Positions 1 to 11,205 of a stretch of DNA of 64,000 nucleotides are shown here, one piece after another. Location: contig OY776215.1 of the NCBI GenBank assembly GCA_963675495.1, forward strand, positions 576,001-640,000, read 5' to 3'. Position 1 is the stretch's first letter. Each line of letters starts with the position of its first letter. Under the pieces are notes generated by a model. The model ran no database searches and was not told where the DNA came from. It saw only the letters and a program-made list of their open reading frames with translations. A program made the position numbers and the translations under genes. Origin of the DNA: an uncultured Methanolobus sp. Its GTDB lineage: Archaea > Halobacteriota > Methanosarcinia > Methanosarcinales > Methanosarcinaceae.

Positions 1-817
1 CTGGGAAGGAGACCCGGTGTTCAATGATGACGGTACAAAGATATATTTTGCCGCTGAGAGTAAAAAAGCCTATTCCGCACGTTATATCAGTATCCATGTG
101 ATGAATTCTGACGGTAGCAACGGCCTGAAACTGACCGAAAATGCCGATTCAAGAGGACCTTCCGTAAATCCCGATGGGAGCAGACTGGTATATTCATCAC
201 GCGTCTCAGGAAATTATGACATATGGACCATGGCAACTGATGGAACAGATAATATCCGGCTTACTGATGGAGAAGGGGATGAAATGTCACCTTCATGGGA
301 TCCGGAAGGAAACACGATCGTTTATTCTTCTTCCGGAGATATATTTACAATAGGCATCGATTCCGTTAGACCAATTGGACTTATACAGGACCCTAACAAC
401 AATATTGAACCTGCGTATAGCCCGGATGGCGGAACCATAGTATACGCCTCTGATGTCGGCCGAGACTATGACCTGTGGCTGATGGATCCCAGTGGCAACT
501 CACAGATCAAACTGACCAGTGACCTATCTTCTGAGAGAGCACCTGCATGGAGTCCGGATGGCAGGAAAATTGCCTATGTATCCAACAGGGACGGGGAATA
601 CAATATATGGGTCATGACACTTGGAGACGAGGATATCGAATTTGAGCTCACGGAAAAAACTGTGGACATTGAAGAAAATCCGATCAGCAACGCCCAACTT
701 GTGAAACTACGCGAGTATGCAATAGATAAACCCCGGGAGTTCATAGGTATAGTACTTTTGTTTTCTTTCGTATTTGTTGTGTTGATCGTGGGATCTTTTA
801 TGCGTAAGATCTCATGA
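1..817 (+). CDS. TolB-like beta-propeller (PD40 repeat) protein with C-terminal membrane anchor; 5'-truncated by the window edge
   Basis: Repeated P-x-W/Y-S-P-D-G motifs (PSVNPDG, PSWDPEG, PAYSPDG, PAWSPDG); hydrophobic C-terminal helix; frame is open from base 2. Confidence 0.85.
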   Translation, partial: WEGDPVFNDDGTKIYFAAESKKAYSARYISIHVMNSDGSNGLKLTENADSRGPSVNPDGSRLVYSSRVSGNYDIWTMATDGTDNIRLTDGEGDEMSPSWDPEGNTIVYSSSGDIFTIGIDSVRPIGLIQDPNNNIEPAYSPDGGTIVYASDVGRDYDLWLMDPSGNSQIKLTSDLSSERAPAWSPDGRKIAYVSNRDGEYNIWVMTLGDEDIEFELTEKTVDIEENPISNAQLVKLREYAIDKPREFIGIVLLFSFVFVVLIVGSFMRKIS

Positions 818-912
818 TCGTTCTTTTTTACATAAGTTCCTGCAAAAAAAAGCAGAGAAGTCCATCGCAATGCTTATAGCCTATTCATCGCATGTATTCG
901 CAGGTTCTTAAG

Positions 913-2010
913 ATGAATGCAGTAATAGGATTAGAAGATGGGACTATTATAAAAGGCACTGGTTTCGGTGCCGAAGGTATCGTTTCCGGGGAACTTGTTT
1001 TCACAACTCAATATACTGGCTATGAAGAGGCACTAACAGACCCTTCATATAAAGGCCAGATCCTTATGTTCACTTATCCTCTCATTGGTAATTACGGTGT
1101 CAGTGACAACTGTTTTGAATCCGATGGTGTAAAAGCTGAAGGTCTTGTAGTGAGGGAGGCTTGTCCCGAGCCATCCCACCACATGTCAAAGAAGACCATT
1201 TTCGAGCTCATGGAGGACGAAGGCAAGCCCGGCATCGCAGGCGTGGACACACGTATGCTAACTATAAAGACACGAGAACATGGAACAATGCGTGCAGCCC
1301 TCATCAACGGAAGTGATGACGGTGAGGAGGCAGTCAGGATCGCCCGTGCACAAAAGAGCATTTCAGATATCGATCTCATATCGCAGGTAAGCTGCCCGCA
1401 GCCCTTTAAACTGGAAAGCCCGACCAGGGATCCAAATAACCCACTCAATGTGGTCCTTGTGGACTGCGGTCGCAAGCTGAGCATTGAAAAGAGCCTGATG
1501 GCAAGAGGTATGGATGTAACCGTTGTACCGGGTAACGCATCTGTCTCAACGATCGAGTCCTATGACCCGGACCTTCTGTTCTTCTCGAACGGTCCAGGAG
1601 ACCCGTTACAGGCACAGGATGCCATCTCAGCGGTCAAGCATTTTTCAGGTGAATTGCCTATAGTCGGCATATGCCTGGGTCACCAGATAATCTCCCTTGC
1701 GCTTGGAGCGCAGACATACAAGATGAAATTCGGTCACAGGGGTGCGAACCAGCCTGTAAAGGACCTGGAAACAGGAACAGTCCACATCACTTCCCAGAAC
1801 CACGGTTTTGCAGTGGATGGCAATTCCTTTGAAGAGGCTGATGTAGAGGTCACACAGTTCAATACCAATGACAGGACAGTAGAAGGTATTGCCCACAAGT
1901 ACCTGGACATATTCAGCGTACAGTATCATCCGGATGCACATCCAGGCCCAATGGATTCTGAAAAGTTATTCTTTGACAAGGTCCTCAAACTTGCAGGAGG
2001 GAAGAAATAA
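913..2010 (+). CDS. carA: Carbamoyl-phosphate synthase small (glutaminase) subunit
   Basis: [37 protein letters not shown] motifs; stop codon overlaps carB start; ATG at 913 preferred over 892. Confidence 0.97.
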   Translation: MNAVIGLEDGTIIKGTGFGAEGIVSGELVFTTQYTGYEEALTDPSYKGQILMFTYPLIGNYGVSDNCFESDGVKAEGLVVREACPEPSHHMSKKTIFELMEDEGKPGIAGVDTRMLTIKTREHGTMRAALINGSDDGEEAVRIARAQKSISDIDLISQVSCPQPFKLESPTRDPNNPLNVVLVDCGRKLSIEKSLMARGMDVTVVPGNASVSTIESYDPDLLFFSNGPGDPLQAQDAISAVKHFSGELPIVGICLGHQIISLALGAQTYKMKFGHRGANQPVKDLETGTVHITSQNHGFAVDGNSFEEADVEVTQFNTNDRTVEGIAHKYLDIFSVQYHPDAHPGPMDSEKLFFDKVLKLAGGKK

Positions 2011-5000
2011 TGCCAAAACACGAAGACATTAAAAAAGTACTCCTGATAGGTTCAGGACCTATAATGATAGGACAGGGTGCAGAGTTCGACTTCTCGGGGA
2101 GTCAGGCATGCAGGTCACTTAAGGAAGAAGGCCTTCAGGTAGTGCTTGTCAACTCCAACCCGGCAACCATTATGACAGATCCCGAAATGGCAGATGCGGT
2201 CTACATAGAGCCCATTGAGGCAAAAGCAGTAGAGAAGATCATTGCAAAGGAAAGACCAGACGGGATCATTGCAGGTCTCGGAGGACAGACCGGCCTGAAC
2301 CTTACAAGTGAACTTGCAGAGCAGGGAATACTTGAAAAATACAACGTCAAGCTTCTTGGAACAAACCTTGAAGCCATAAAGAATACCGAGGACCGTGAGC
2401 TCTTCAAACAGACAATGGAGAAAATCGGAGAGAAGGTACCACGAAGTAAGGCAATATCCACACTCAAGGAAGCAGAAGCTGTTATTGATGAACTGGGACT
2501 TCCCCTTATCATTCGCCCCGCATACACCCTTGGTGGTGCAGGTGGCGGTATTGCCCATTCAAAGGAAGAACTCCTGGAGATCACGGAAAGAGGTCTTCGT
2601 CGCAGTCGTATCAGTCAGGTACTTATCGAGGAAAGCGTACTCGGCTGGAAAGAGTTCGAGTATGAGGTCATGCGTGATGCAAATGACACATGTATAGTAA
2701 TATGTAACATGGAGAACCTGGACCCAATGGGAGTACATACAGGTGAATCCATAGTCGTTACACCATCCCAGACCCTCAATGACGAGGAACACCAGATGCT
2801 GAGGACCGCCGCTATTAAGATCATCAGGTCATTCGGTATTGAAGGTGGCTGTAACATCCAGTTCGCTGCCAAGGACGGCGATTACCGTATCGTGGAAGTA
2901 AATCCACGTGTATCACGTTCATCCGCCCTCGCATCAAAAGCAACAGGATATCCGATCGCCAGAGTGACAGCAAAGATAGCTATCGGTATGGCACTGGATG
3001 AGATCCTCAATGATGTTACTAAGAAGACCCCTGCATCATTTGAACCTACAATTGATTATGTCGTTACAAAGATACCAAGATGGCCATTCGATAAATTCGT
3101 CAACGCTGACAAGACACTTACCACTGCCATGAAGAGTACCGGCGAGGTAATGTCCATCGGTCGTACCATTGAGGAATCACTCTTAAAGGCCATACGCTCC
3201 CTCGATATCAAGATGGACTTCGGAACAGATGAATGGTCCAACAATGAGATCAAGACCCTGCTCCAGACACCTACAAGCGAGAGACTGTTCGTAATGTATC
3301 ATGCTCTTTGCAATGGTTTTTCAATTGAGGATGTTTCAAGTCTGACTGGTATTGATATCTTCTTTATCAGGAAGCTTAAGAATATCATCGATATGGAAGA
3401 CACTATCAGGGAAGAAGGACTTTCAGGAAGCCTTTCCAATGACCTGCTCCTTGATGCGAAACGTCTGGGACTTCTGGATTCCCGCATTGCAGAACTGGCA
3501 GGAAAGACCCGTGAGGACATCAATGACCAGAGGCGCAGTGCAGGTGTCGTATGTACCTACAAGATGGTAGATACATGTTCTGCGGAATTTGCAGCGGAGA
3601 CTCCTTATTACTACTCATGTTACGAGCAGATGTGTGAAGCAGAACCATCTGACCGTAAGAAGATACTGATACTTGGTTCAGGTCCCATACGCATAGGACA
3701 GGGTATCGAGTTCGATTACTGTACGGTGCACGCGGTTGCAGCTATCCGTGAGGCGGGCATCGAGGCTCATATCATCAACAACAACCCGGAAACCGTTTCC
3801 ACTGACTACGACACTTCCGATAAGCTCTTTTTCGAGCCTCTCACACTTGAAGATGTGATGAATGTCATCGATAAGGAGAATCCGGATGCAGTGCTTGTAC
3901 AGTTCGGAGGGCAGACCTCAGTTAACCTCGCACTTCCACTTGAGAAGGAACTCAAGAGACGTACTGACCTGAAGACTGTCATTCTGGGCACATCACCTGA
4001 AGATATAGATATGGCAGAGGACCGTGAGAAGTTCAACCTCAGGATGAGCAAGCTTGACATCAACCAGCCGGAAGCAGGTTACGCAACCTCACAGGACCAG
4101 GCAATCGAGATAGCCACAAGGATAGGTTATCCGGTACTTGTACGCCCTTCCTATGTACTCGGTGGCCGTGCAATGGAGATAGTCTACGAGCAGAGTGACC
4201 TTGAGCGTTACATGCGTGAGGCCGTAAAGGTTTCCCCCGAACATCCGATACTTATTGACGACTTCCTTGAAGGCGCAGTTGAGATCGATGTGGATGCTGT
4301 GTGTGACGGTAAGGACGTACTTATTGGTGCTATCATGGAGCACATCGAGGAAGCAGGCGTTCACTCAGGTGACTCTGCATGTGTTATCCCGCCACAGTCA
4401 CTTTCAGAAGAAGTTCTTGAAACTGTACGTGATTATACCCGCAAGATCGCTCTTGCACTCAATGTGGTCGGCCTTGTGAACATACAGATGGCAAAGAAGG
4501 GCGACAAGATCTATGTCCTTGAAGCGAACCCACGTTCAAGCAGGACCATACCATTCGTATCCAAGGCAGTTGGCCTGCCTCTTGCAAAGATAGCTGCCCG
4601 TGTGATAATGGGACAGAGTCTGGAAGAGCTGGGTTATTCAACATGCAACGAACCAAAGGTCAAGCATGTTTCAGTGAAAGAAGTACTTCTGCCCTTTGAC
4701 AAACTTCCGGGAGCAGACCCTGTACTTAGTCCGGAGATGAAGAGTACCGGAGAGGTCATGGGTATTGACTCCGATTATGGAAGAGCATTCTTCAAGGCGC
4801 AGCTCAGTGCTGATAATCTGCTTCCGCTTACCGGGAAGGTCTTTGTGTCCGTGAAGGATGAGGACAGGGAAGAGCTTATCGATGTAGCAAGTGAGCTTGT
4901 GAGCGCAGGGATCGAACTGCTTGGCACCAAAGGTACGGCAGACTTCCTTTCAGAACATGGTGTAGAGATGGGAATTGTTAAGAAGGTACATGACGGCAGC

Positions 5001-5234
5001 CCTAATGTCATCGATATGATGCGCAGGTATGAGGTTGCACTGGTCATCAACACACCTAATGACAAGCTCTCCCGTGAGGACAGCTCAAGAATACGCCGCG
5101 CAGCAGTGGATTTCAAGGTGCCTTACATCACCACGATCCAGGCAGCAGTTGCAGCATCCCATGCTATCGTTTCCATGAAACAGGGCGAGGGAGAGGTTAA
5201 ATCAATAAATGAATATCACAGGGAGATCGCATAG
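2010..5234 (+). CDS. carB: Carbamoyl-phosphate synthase large subunit
   Basis: 1074 aa; duplicated ATP-grasp halves (GSGPIMIGQ / [19 protein letters not shown] / EANPRSSRT); MGS-like C-terminus. Confidence 0.98.
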   Translation: MPKHEDIKKVLLIGSGPIMIGQGAEFDFSGSQACRSLKEEGLQVVLVNSNPATIMTDPEMADAVYIEPIEAKAVEKIIAKERPDGIIAGLGGQTGLNLTSELAEQGILEKYNVKLLGTNLEAIKNTEDRELFKQTMEKIGEKVPRSKAISTLKEAEAVIDELGLPLIIRPAYTLGGAGGGIAHSKEELLEITERGLRRSRISQVLIEESVLGWKEFEYEVMRDANDTCIVICNMENLDPMGVHTGESIVVTPSQTLNDEEHQMLRTAAIKIIRSFGIEGGCNIQFAAKDGDYRIVEVNPRVSRSSALASKATGYPIARVTAKIAIGMALDEILNDVTKKTPASFEPTIDYVVTKIPRWPFDKFVNADKTLTTAMKSTGEVMSIGRTIEESLLKAIRSLDIKMDFGTDEWSNNEIKTLLQTPTSERLFVMYHALCNGFSIEDVSSLTGIDIFFIRKLKNIIDMEDTIREEGLSGSLSNDLLLDAKRLGLLDSRIAELAGKTREDINDQRRSAGVVCTYKMVDTCSAEFAAETPYYYSCYEQMCEAEPSDRKKILILGSGPIRIGQGIEFDYCTVHAVAAIREAGIEAHIINNNPETVSTDYDTSDKLFFEPLTLEDVMNVIDKENPDAVLVQFGGQTSVNLALPLEKELKRRTDLKTVILGTSPEDIDMAEDREKFNLRMSKLDINQPEAGYATSQDQAIEIATRIGYPVLVRPSYVLGGRAMEIVYEQSDLERYMREAVKVSPEHPILIDDFLEGAVEIDVDAVCDGKDVLIGAIMEHIEEAGVHSGDSACVIPPQSLSEEVLETVRDYTRKIALALNVVGLVNIQMAKKGDKIYVLEANPRSSRTIPFVSKAVGLPLAKIAARVIMGQSLEELGYSTCNEPKVKHVSVKEVLLPFDKLPGADPVLSPEMKSTGEVMGIDSDYGRAFFKAQLSADNLLPLTGKVFVSVKDEDREELIDVASELVSAGIELLGTKGTADFLSEHGVEMGIVKKVHDGSPNVIDMMRRYEVALVINTPNDKLSREDSSRIRRAAVDFKVPYITTIQAAVAASHAIVSMKQGEGEVKSINEYHREIA

Positions 5235-5258
5235 ATCTCCTATTAAGGATCAGATATT

Positions 5259-6440
5259 ATGACAAAGAAAGTAGTACTTGCTTATTCAGGCGGGCTTGAC
5301 ACTTCCGTGTGCATCCCGCTGCTTAAAGAGGAATACGGCTACGATGAAGTTATCACAGTAGCGGTAGATGTGGGACAGCCACAGGAAGATGTTAAACAGG
5401 CTGAGGAAAAGGCGCAGAAGATCAGCAACAAGCACTTCACACTCGACGTGCGTGAAGAATTCGTCAACGATTATATCTTCCCGCTAATCAAGGCCAATGG
5501 TGACTATGAAGGATACGTTATGGGCACATCCATCGCACGTCCGCTTATCGCTAAGAAGGTCGTTGAGATAGCAGAGCAGGAAGGAGCTGTTGCACTTGCA
5601 CACGGTTGTACCGGCAAGGGTAATGACCAGCTTCGATTCGAGGCAGTTTTCCGCCTGACCGACATGGATGTCATTGCACCCATGAGGGACATGAACCTCA
5701 CACGTGACTGGGAGATCGAGTATGCACAGAAACATGGCATACCTGTGACCGTCACGGCCGCAAAGCCATGGAGTGTTGACGAGAACATATGGAGCCGCAG
5801 TATAGAGGGTGGCAAGCTGGAAGACCCTGGATTCATTCCCCCTGAGGAGATCTACCAGTGGACCGTTTCCCCTGAAGCAGCTCCTGAAGGCCAGACAATA
5901 GTGATCGGTTTTGAGAACGGTGTCCCTGTCTCACTTGACGGTGAGAAGATGGATGGTGTCGAACTTATCATCAAACTGAACGAACTCGCAGGTTCCCATG
6001 GTGTCGGCAGGACCGATATGATCGAAGACCGTGTTCTGGGACTTAAAGCACGTGAGAATTACGAGCACCCTGCAGCAACAGTTCTCCTTACAGCCCACAG
6101 GGACCTTGAGAAGCTTGTGCTTACCAGGGCAGAGCTGAAATTCAAGAAAACTGTGGACGAACAGTGGTCTGAACTTGCCTACTATGGTCTTGTTGACGAG
6201 CCGCTCTACCACGACCTGAATGCATTTGTTGATAAGACCCAGCAGCGTGTCAGCGGTACTGTTACCGTGAAACTGCACAAGGGTAGTGTCATCATACTTG
6301 CACGTACATCCCCGTATGCTCTGTACTCAGAAGACCTTGTGTCCTTTGACAGTGCGACCATTGACCAGAAGGATGCTGAAGGCTTTGCCAAGTATCACGG
6401 GTTCCAGGCAAGGATGTATAAGAAGGTTATTGAGAAGTGA
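5259..6440 (+). CDS. argG: Argininosuccinate synthase
   Basis: AYSGGLDTS and [14 protein letters not shown] signatures. Confidence 0.98.
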   Translation: MTKKVVLAYSGGLDTSVCIPLLKEEYGYDEVITVAVDVGQPQEDVKQAEEKAQKISNKHFTLDVREEFVNDYIFPLIKANGDYEGYVMGTSIARPLIAKKVVEIAEQEGAVALAHGCTGKGNDQLRFEAVFRLTDMDVIAPMRDMNLTRDWEIEYAQKHGIPVTVTAAKPWSVDENIWSRSIEGGKLEDPGFIPPEEIYQWTVSPEAAPEGQTIVIGFENGVPVSLDGEKMDGVELIIKLNELAGSHGVGRTDMIEDRVLGLKARENYEHPAATVLLTAHRDLEKLVLTRAELKFKKTVDEQWSELAYYGLVDEPLYHDLNAFVDKTQQRVSGTVTVKLHKGSVIILARTSPYALYSEDLVSFDSATIDQKDAEGFAKYHGFQARMYKKVIEK

Positions 6441-6447
6441 AGTTAAG

Positions 6448-6495
6448 ATTGTGTGCCGTGGAGCATACAATTTTTTTCTTTTGTTTTCTTTTTTG
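6448..6495 (+). terminator. Putative terminator after argG: short hairpin plus long T-tracts
   Basis: ATTGTGTGC-CGTGGA-GCATACAAT stem-loop (one G-U pair) followed by TTTTTTTCTTTTGTTTTCTTTTTT. Confidence 0.55.
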
Positions 6496-6554
6496 CATTT
6501 GATTGAGCATTCTGGTTGGTTTCGATGTTTCTTTTGTTTTGGCTTTGATGGAAT

Positions 6555-6578
6555 GTGCCGCCTGCGGCGGGATGGATG
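6555..6578 (+). repeat. Cassette-boundary motif copy
   Basis: GTGCCGCCTGCGGCGGGATGGATG. Confidence 0.9.
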
Positions 6579-6698
6579 ACTGTGTGTTGGCTATTTTGCA
6601 AATATATTCTATGAATGTTAGCTGATTCTAAATTCATTGGATATCATGCGTACAGAATCCATATATAGTAAAGAAGCAAATAGAGAATGGGATACTGA

Positions 6699-6923
6699 AT
6701 GATGACAAAATTCACTGCATACATAGAGAGAGACCTTGAAACTGACTGCTATGTCGCCATCGTACCAGGAATTCCAGGGGCTCATACTCAGGCTGATACA
6801 CTTGACGAATTACATGCCAGATTAAAAGAGGTGATAGAACTCTGTCTTGAGGAAATGAATCCGGAAGAAAAAGGGTTGATTCCCGAGTTTGTAGGTGTTT
6901 CACAAATTGAGGTTACCGTATGA
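6699..6923 (+). CDS. hicB: HicB-family antitoxin
   Basis: YVAIVPGIPGAHTQADTLDEL HicB motif; ATGA overlap with hicA. Confidence 0.88.
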   Translation: MMTKFTAYIERDLETDCYVAIVPGIPGAHTQADTLDELHARLKEVIELCLEEMNPEEKGLIPEFVGVSQIEVTV

Positions 6924-7153
6924 GTAAGCTACCGTTGGTAGATGCCAAAAAAATGGAAAAGATATTATATCATCTTGGGTTTGAAAAGGTCAGACAAAAA
7001 GGTAGCCATGCATTTTATAGGCACGCTGATGGCAGAACAACTACTGTTCCTTTTCATTCAAGTAAGAAGCTTGCACGACCTCTCATTAGGGTCATACTTA
7101 GTGAAATTAACATTAACATTGAAAAGTATAATGAATTGATTAGGAATATTTGA
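6920..7153 (+). CDS. hicA: HicA-family toxin (mRNA interferase)
   Basis: LGFEKVRQKGSHAFY...TTVPFH HicA motif. Confidence 0.9.
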   Translation: MSKLPLVDAKKMEKILYHLGFEKVRQKGSHAFYRHADGRTTTVPFHSSKKLARPLIRVILSEININIEKYNELIRNI

Positions 7154-7279
7154 TTCTTTAATGTTGCTTAGATTCCTTAGTAACTATACATTTATGTGGA
7201 AAAATATTACACATCTAACATATCCAAGCGTGTAGACGAGATTATGAACAAGTTTCATAACTCATGACTATATGTTCAT

Positions 7280-7292
7280 CCACTTGCGGTGG
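7280..7292 (+). repeat. Degenerate cassette-boundary motif
   Basis: CCACTTGCGGTGG versus consensus CCGCCTGCGGCGG; same position relative to the HEPN remnant as the 11732 copy. Confidence 0.6.
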
Positions 7293-7339
7293 AATGCTGT
7301 TTTCGTGGGATACTCATATGAAAAATCAAAACAAGAGGA

Positions 7340-7465
7340 CTATGGATCCAGTTCGTTCAATAAATCCTCAATCACCGGCTTTGCTTCAGGAATACCTTCT
7401 TTTACACTAAGCCAGACAACTTCAAGATTGACGCCAAAATAAGCGTGTATTAATTTGTCACGAAT
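7340..7465 (-). pseudogene. HEPN (DUF86/HepT) toxin remnant with large internal deletion
   Basis: Reads IRDKLIHAYFGVNLEVVWLSVKEGIPEAKPVIEDLLNELDP*; the central part present in the 11810-12150 copy is missing. Confidence 0.85.
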
Positions 7466-7474
7466 GCAAATCCC

Positions 7475-7783
7475 TCAGATAGCTTCGACTTCTTTCAGTA
7501 TATATTTACCTATATTTGGCTTCAGTGAATCTTTCATGACAAGGTCAACTTTAACTCCCAGGGAATCGGAAAGATAGTTCTCTAAATGAACAAATCTAAA
7601 AATAGTAGGTGTCCTGCTGAACTCTACCAGTACATCAAGATCACTTTTCGGAGTATTCTCTCCCCGCACATAGGATCCAAACAATCCAATGTAACTGACA
7701 TTATACTCCTTTTTTAGCTGCGGTAGCATTTCATACAGCTGCTTTCTGTATTTTTCAATGTCTTTTTTATGTTGCATGATCAT
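7475..7783 (-). CDS. Minimal nucleotidyltransferase (MNT/MntA-type antitoxin)
   Basis: GLFGSYVRGENTPKSDLD (GSx10DxD); near-identical to 12160-12471. Confidence 0.92.
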   Translation of the reverse strand: MIMQHKKDIEKYRKQLYEMLPQLKKEYNVSYIGLFGSYVRGENTPKSDLDVLVEFSRTPTIFRFVHLENYLSDSLGVKVDLVMKDSLKPNIGKYILKEVEAI

Positions 7784-7931
7784 CCTTAAAAAGGTCTTAT
7801 TTGCATATATGTTAGTTTCATATGTATAATTATTTGTCTTGTTTGGAAAATTAATGAATGTTAAAAAGATTGATCTTTACTTGAAATGTAGTATGCAGTT
7901 CTTGCTTATTATTACTCAACAGTTTGGGAAT

Positions 7932-7954
7932 ATGCCGCCTTCGGCGTATGCTTG
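7932..7954 (+). repeat. Cassette-boundary motif copy
   Basis: ATGCCGCCTTCGGCGTATGCTTG. Confidence 0.88.
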
Positions 7955-8091
7955 TATTGGTCTTGTAGGGGAAAACAATCACGAATATATATCCTATGTA
8001 TGACAACCTATATACATAAGTAAGGACAATAAATATTTGATGCCAATATGGCTGATAATCCACATAAGTAAGATAACAGGAGAATAAGCTA

Positions 8092-8235
8092 ATGGCAAAA
8101 CCAATTGAACTTGGGCTGGTGCTGGAAGGTGAAGATGCAAAAGAGTTTTGGGAAAACGAGAGAAAGCCAGCTACAAAACAACAGATAAAAATGTTCAAAG
8201 AAGCCAGGAAAATATCAGATCGTATTCATTTTTAG
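8092..8235 (+). CDS. Small (47 aa) putative antitoxin upstream of GNAT toxin; not in the ORF track
   Basis: MAKPIELGLVLEGEDAKEFWENERKPATKQQIKMFKEARKISDRIHF*, preceded by AGGAG RBS, 14 bp upstream of the GNAT ATG. Confidence 0.7.
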   Translation: MAKPIELGLVLEGEDAKEFWENERKPATKQQIKMFKEARKISDRIHF

Positions 8236-8249
8236 TCCTGTTATTTGGT

Positions 8250-8762
8250 ATGTCTAAGTCTCAATTTTCTATTTCTCCTCTTTCTGAGAGAAACGGTGTT
8301 TTGTCTTTTTGCTGTCAGAACAAGGATCTAAACGACTTTTTAAAAAATGATGCCTTTGGTAATCAGGAACAACTCATAAGCAAAACTTATGTTTGTTATT
8401 ATCAGAAAGATTTTGCGGGGTATTTCACTTTGACCACGGATACTATGAAAGTCAAATATATTGATGATTCAGATTGTGTTGATGGTTTTCCATATTCCAG
8501 ATACCCGGCTGTCAAACTCGCAAGACTTGCCACTGATAAGAGATTTGAAAGGAGAGGAGTTGGCTCTTACATGCTGTTTGCAGCAATAGGTTTAGCTTAA
8601 AGGGTCGCAGATATCACTGGATGCAGATATATTACAGTTGATTCAAAACCCGAATCTATAGGATTTTACACCAAATATGGATTTAAGATCGTTAAGACTT
8701 CTCTTAAAAAAGACTATACCTCCCTATATCTGAACATGCAACCCATAGTAAAAGGCATTTAG
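8250..8762 (+). pseudogene. GNAT acetyltransferase toxin (AtaT/TacT-like) with premature stop
   Basis: FCCQNKDLNDFL, PAVKLARLATD, RRGVGS motifs; in-frame TAA at 8598-8600, after which the frame continues as RVADITGCRYITVDSKPESIGFYTKYGF to TAG at 8762. Confidence 0.85.
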
Positions 8763-9021
8763 GCAACTATTTTTCATTATTAAGCAGTGCTTACAAATTT
8801 TGTATGATCTCACAAATATTCTTTTTTGTCTCAAAAAATATCTTCTTGGTTCAAAGGTTTGATTATTTTTAAATTACGATATTACCGAGGATTTTGTCAG
8901 GTACATGACTATTACCCATATATTGCCAATCAGTATTGAATGCATCAGCCATGATAACTTCATTAAATGTGTGATCAATGTCCAATTATTTTATGAATAT
9001 GATAATCAGCAGTACAAGAAT

Positions 9022-9044
9022 GTGCCGCCTGCGGCTTATGGCTG
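9022..9044 (+). repeat. Cassette-boundary motif copy
   Basis: GTGCCGCCTGCGGCTTATGGCTG. Confidence 0.88.
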
Positions 9045-9093
9045 CACAGAATTTAAGAAATATACTCGAAAACTTATACGATAAAATACTAAC

Positions 9094-9402
9094 TCATTTC
9101 AGAAGTTCAATAAACTCCTTGACTGTAAGCCCCGATACCCTGATCAATTGCCTCAGAAGACCTGGTTTTAACTACCTGTGCTTTGGGACGGTCAGTGTTA
9201 TCCTGGAGCCTTCCTTTCTCAATACGACATGACTTCCTACTTGCCTGTGAGGATACCAGCCTGCTTTAGAAAAAGCTTTAATTGTATCCATTCCGAAAAT
9301 AACAGGTAATTTCGGTGTTCGGCTATCACTTCAACGATCTTGCAGGAAGGTCTTGTCATGCAGACATTAGATTCGTCCTCAGCAAGTGATTCAAAACATG
9401 CA
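9094..9402 (-). pseudogene. Decayed hicBA pair (HicB C-terminal fragment plus disrupted HicA)
   Basis: HicA-like PKLPVI...KAGWYPHRQVGSHVVL...TVPKHR*LKPGLLRQLIR with lost start, internal TAG and a frameshift before GLTVKEFIELLK; upstream ACFESLAED...IVEVIA resembles a HicB tail. Confidence 0.8.
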
Positions 9403-9438
9403 TGTTTCTGTTTTTTTGTCTATATGTGATAATGCAAT

Positions 9439-9461
9439 GTGCCGCCTGCGGCGTATGGTTG
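9439..9461 (+). repeat. Cassette-boundary motif copy (consensus)
   Basis: GTGCCGCCTGCGGCGTATGGTTG. Confidence 0.92.
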
Positions 9462-9477
9462 CAGTGAATAAACTACT

Positions 9478-9696
9478 CTATTCTCCAATCCACTCATCTC
9501 TGGATATATGAGCCTGTTTCAGGATTCTCTGCAGCAGATCTACACTAATCCTGCCTTTGTGAGGATTAGGGACTGTCAGAACAATATCTCCTTTTGTCAT
9601 GAAAGAATGTTTGCCACCTGAAAAAGGACCTTCGAATTCCAATTCCCTTAGTCGTTTGACAAGGTTTCGTTGGGTGACAGGAGTCAGCTTAGGCAA
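9478..9696 (-). CDS. hicA: HicA-family toxin
   Basis: FEGPFSGGKHSFM...TVPNPH motif; probable TTG start overlapping the hicB stop. Confidence 0.85.
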   Translation of the reverse strand: MPKLTPVTQRNLVKRLRELEFEGPFSGGKHSFMTKGDIVLTVPNPHKGRISVDLLQRILKQAHISRDEWIGE

Positions 9697-9940
9697 TAGC
9701 AACTTCTCCGGAGTCTTTTATTACATGATTGCCCATAGGTGGAAGGGTTAAGCCTTTTCTGAGTCTGAAAACTATCCATTCATCAATGGTATCTTCAAGG
9801 TTTTTCCTGCACTCTTCAAGAGTACTACCTGTAGCCCACACACCCTCGAGTTCAGGCACCTCGCCATAGTAGGGCTCATCATCTTCAATTATCTCATATC
9901 TGGCTTTCTCAAGAGCTGTCTGGATATATTCAATAAGCAT
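9689..9940 (-). CDS. hicB: HicB-family antitoxin
   Basis: YYGEVPELEGVWATGSTLEECRKNL HicB motif. Confidence 0.88.
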   Translation of the reverse strand: MLIEYIQTALEKARYEIIEDDEPYYGEVPELEGVWATGSTLEECRKNLEDTIDEWIVFRLRKGLTLPPMGNHVIKDSGEVAIA

Positions 9941-10075
9941 AATTGGTACCTGCATAAATTTTGTTCTGTGCTATGTATTCTTAATATAGTTTCATGAGTA
10001 TATGAACAATTTGTTTGATGAGATGTACTGGTTTAAAATTATGTATCCCTTTTTGCTACTCAGCAATATGGAAAA

Positions 10076-10098
10076 GTGCCGCCTGCGGCGTATGGTTG
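10076..10098 (+). repeat. Cassette-boundary motif copy (consensus)
   Basis: GTGCCGCCTGCGGCGTATGGTTG; 10059-10098 is identical to 10770-10809. Confidence 0.92.
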
Positions 10099-10194
10099 CA
10101 TATTCCAAAAAAATCATGTCCCATCATTAATTAAAGCAGACTATATGAAGGAGAAATTATTAATATCATATTAATACCATGTTATTATGATACT

Positions 10195-10434
10195 ATGGTT
10201 AAAGCAATAATTAATATTGATGACAAGACCAACCGGGTGCTGAACATAGTTAAAGCCAAGTATGGCCTGAAAGATAAGAGCTCGGCTATTGAACTTGTAA
10301 CAAAACAATATGAAGAGGAACTCCTGGAGCCAAAGCTTAGACCTGAATATATAGAAAAGGCTAAAAGGATAATGGCCCAGGACGCAGTGGACGTAGGTAC
10401 AGTAGACAACTTGAGGGAAAGATTGGGTATCTGA
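10195..10434 (+). CDS. Antitoxin (DUF2683-like, ribbon-helix-helix type)
   Basis: MVKAIINIDDKTNRVLNIVKAKYGLKDKSSAI; directly upstream of a RelE-like gene. Confidence 0.78.
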   Translation: MVKAIINIDDKTNRVLNIVKAKYGLKDKSSAIELVTKQYEEELLEPKLRPEYIEKAKRIMAQDAVDVGTVDNLRERLGI

Positions 10435-10435
10435 A

Positions 10436-10699
10436 ATGTATTATTTGAAGATCGAACCTGATCTTGAGAAAACACTTAAAAAACTGGCTAAGAAGAATAA
10501 GAAACAATTAGGGATGATTCTCAGTAAAGCTGAAGAAATTGTTGAAAATCCCCATAGATACAAAAATCTAAGGGCACCACTGAATATGTGGAAGAGAGTA
10601 CACATAGACAGACATTTCGTATTGGTTTTTTCGGTGGATGAGGAAAGCAATAGTGTCACACTTGAAGACTATGCCCATCACAATGACATCTACAAATAA
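10436..10699 (+). CDS. RelE/ParE-superfamily toxin
   Basis: 87 aa basic protein; NPHRYKNLRAPL...RVHI...FVLVF...YAHHNDIY. Confidence 0.85.
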   Translation: MYYLKIEPDLEKTLKKLAKKNKKQLGMILSKAEEIVENPHRYKNLRAPLNMWKRVHIDRHFVLVFSVDEESNSVTLEDYAHHNDIYK

Positions 10700-10786
10700 G
10701 ATTGTCAGTATTTGAGTAGCCGGGAATTGGCAGAACTCTAATATTTTTGTGAGTTTTTGATAGTTACTTCTCAGCAATATGGAAAA

Positions 10787-10809
10787 GTGCCGCCTGCGGC
10801 GTATGGTTG
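10787..10809 (+). repeat. Cassette-boundary motif copy (consensus)
   Basis: GTGCCGCCTGCGGCGTATGGTTG. Confidence 0.92.
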
Positions 10810-10914
10810 AACTACGTAAAATACCACCTATTTAAAATCGATTTCATTTTGAAATATCCTGCATGAAATTTAATAAGAATGATAACATATGTATGTGCAT
10901 TGAGATGTGATATT

Positions 10915-11205
10915 ATGGTGGAAATGCAGATCGAGAAATACAAAAAAACCATAATCCCGATATTGCTAAAAAATGATGTGGATGAAGCAGGCATTTTTGG
11001 TTCGTTTGCAAGAAATGAAGCAAAATTGGATAGTGACATCGATATTCTTGTTCATTTCAAGGACCGAAAAAGTCTATTTGATCTTGCCAGATTAGAACTG
11101 GAACTCGAAAAGGAAGCTCAAAGAAAGGTAGAAGTCATTACTTACGATTCCATAAATCCCCTTATAAGGAATCGAATCCTGAAGGAAGAAGTGAAGATAT
11201 TATGA
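10915..11205 (+). CDS. Minimal nucleotidyltransferase (MNT antitoxin)
   Basis: GIFGSFARNEAKLDSDID motif; ATGA overlap with the HEPN gene; start uncertain. Confidence 0.9.
   Translation: MVEMQIEKYKKTIIPILLKNDVDEAGIFGSFARNEAKLDSDIDILVHFKDRKSLFDLARLELELEKEAQRKVEVITYDSINPLIRNRILKEEVKIL

Noticed and set aside
1092-6391. Many antisense and alternate-frame ORFs over carA/carB/argG and other long genes
   Set aside because: Shadow ORFs of well-supported genes with no motifs
7851-8198. 115-aa minus-strand ORF and other short ORFs crossing motif copies (8978-9232, 5' part of 32420-32800, 36056-36259)
   Set aside because: Low-complexity translations spanning intergenic repeats or opposite real genes; no protein motifs
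9094-9318. Pyrrolysine read-through of the in-frame TAG in the HicA-like frame
   Set aside because: The same gene also lost its start codon and has a frameshift, so simple decay is more parsimonious
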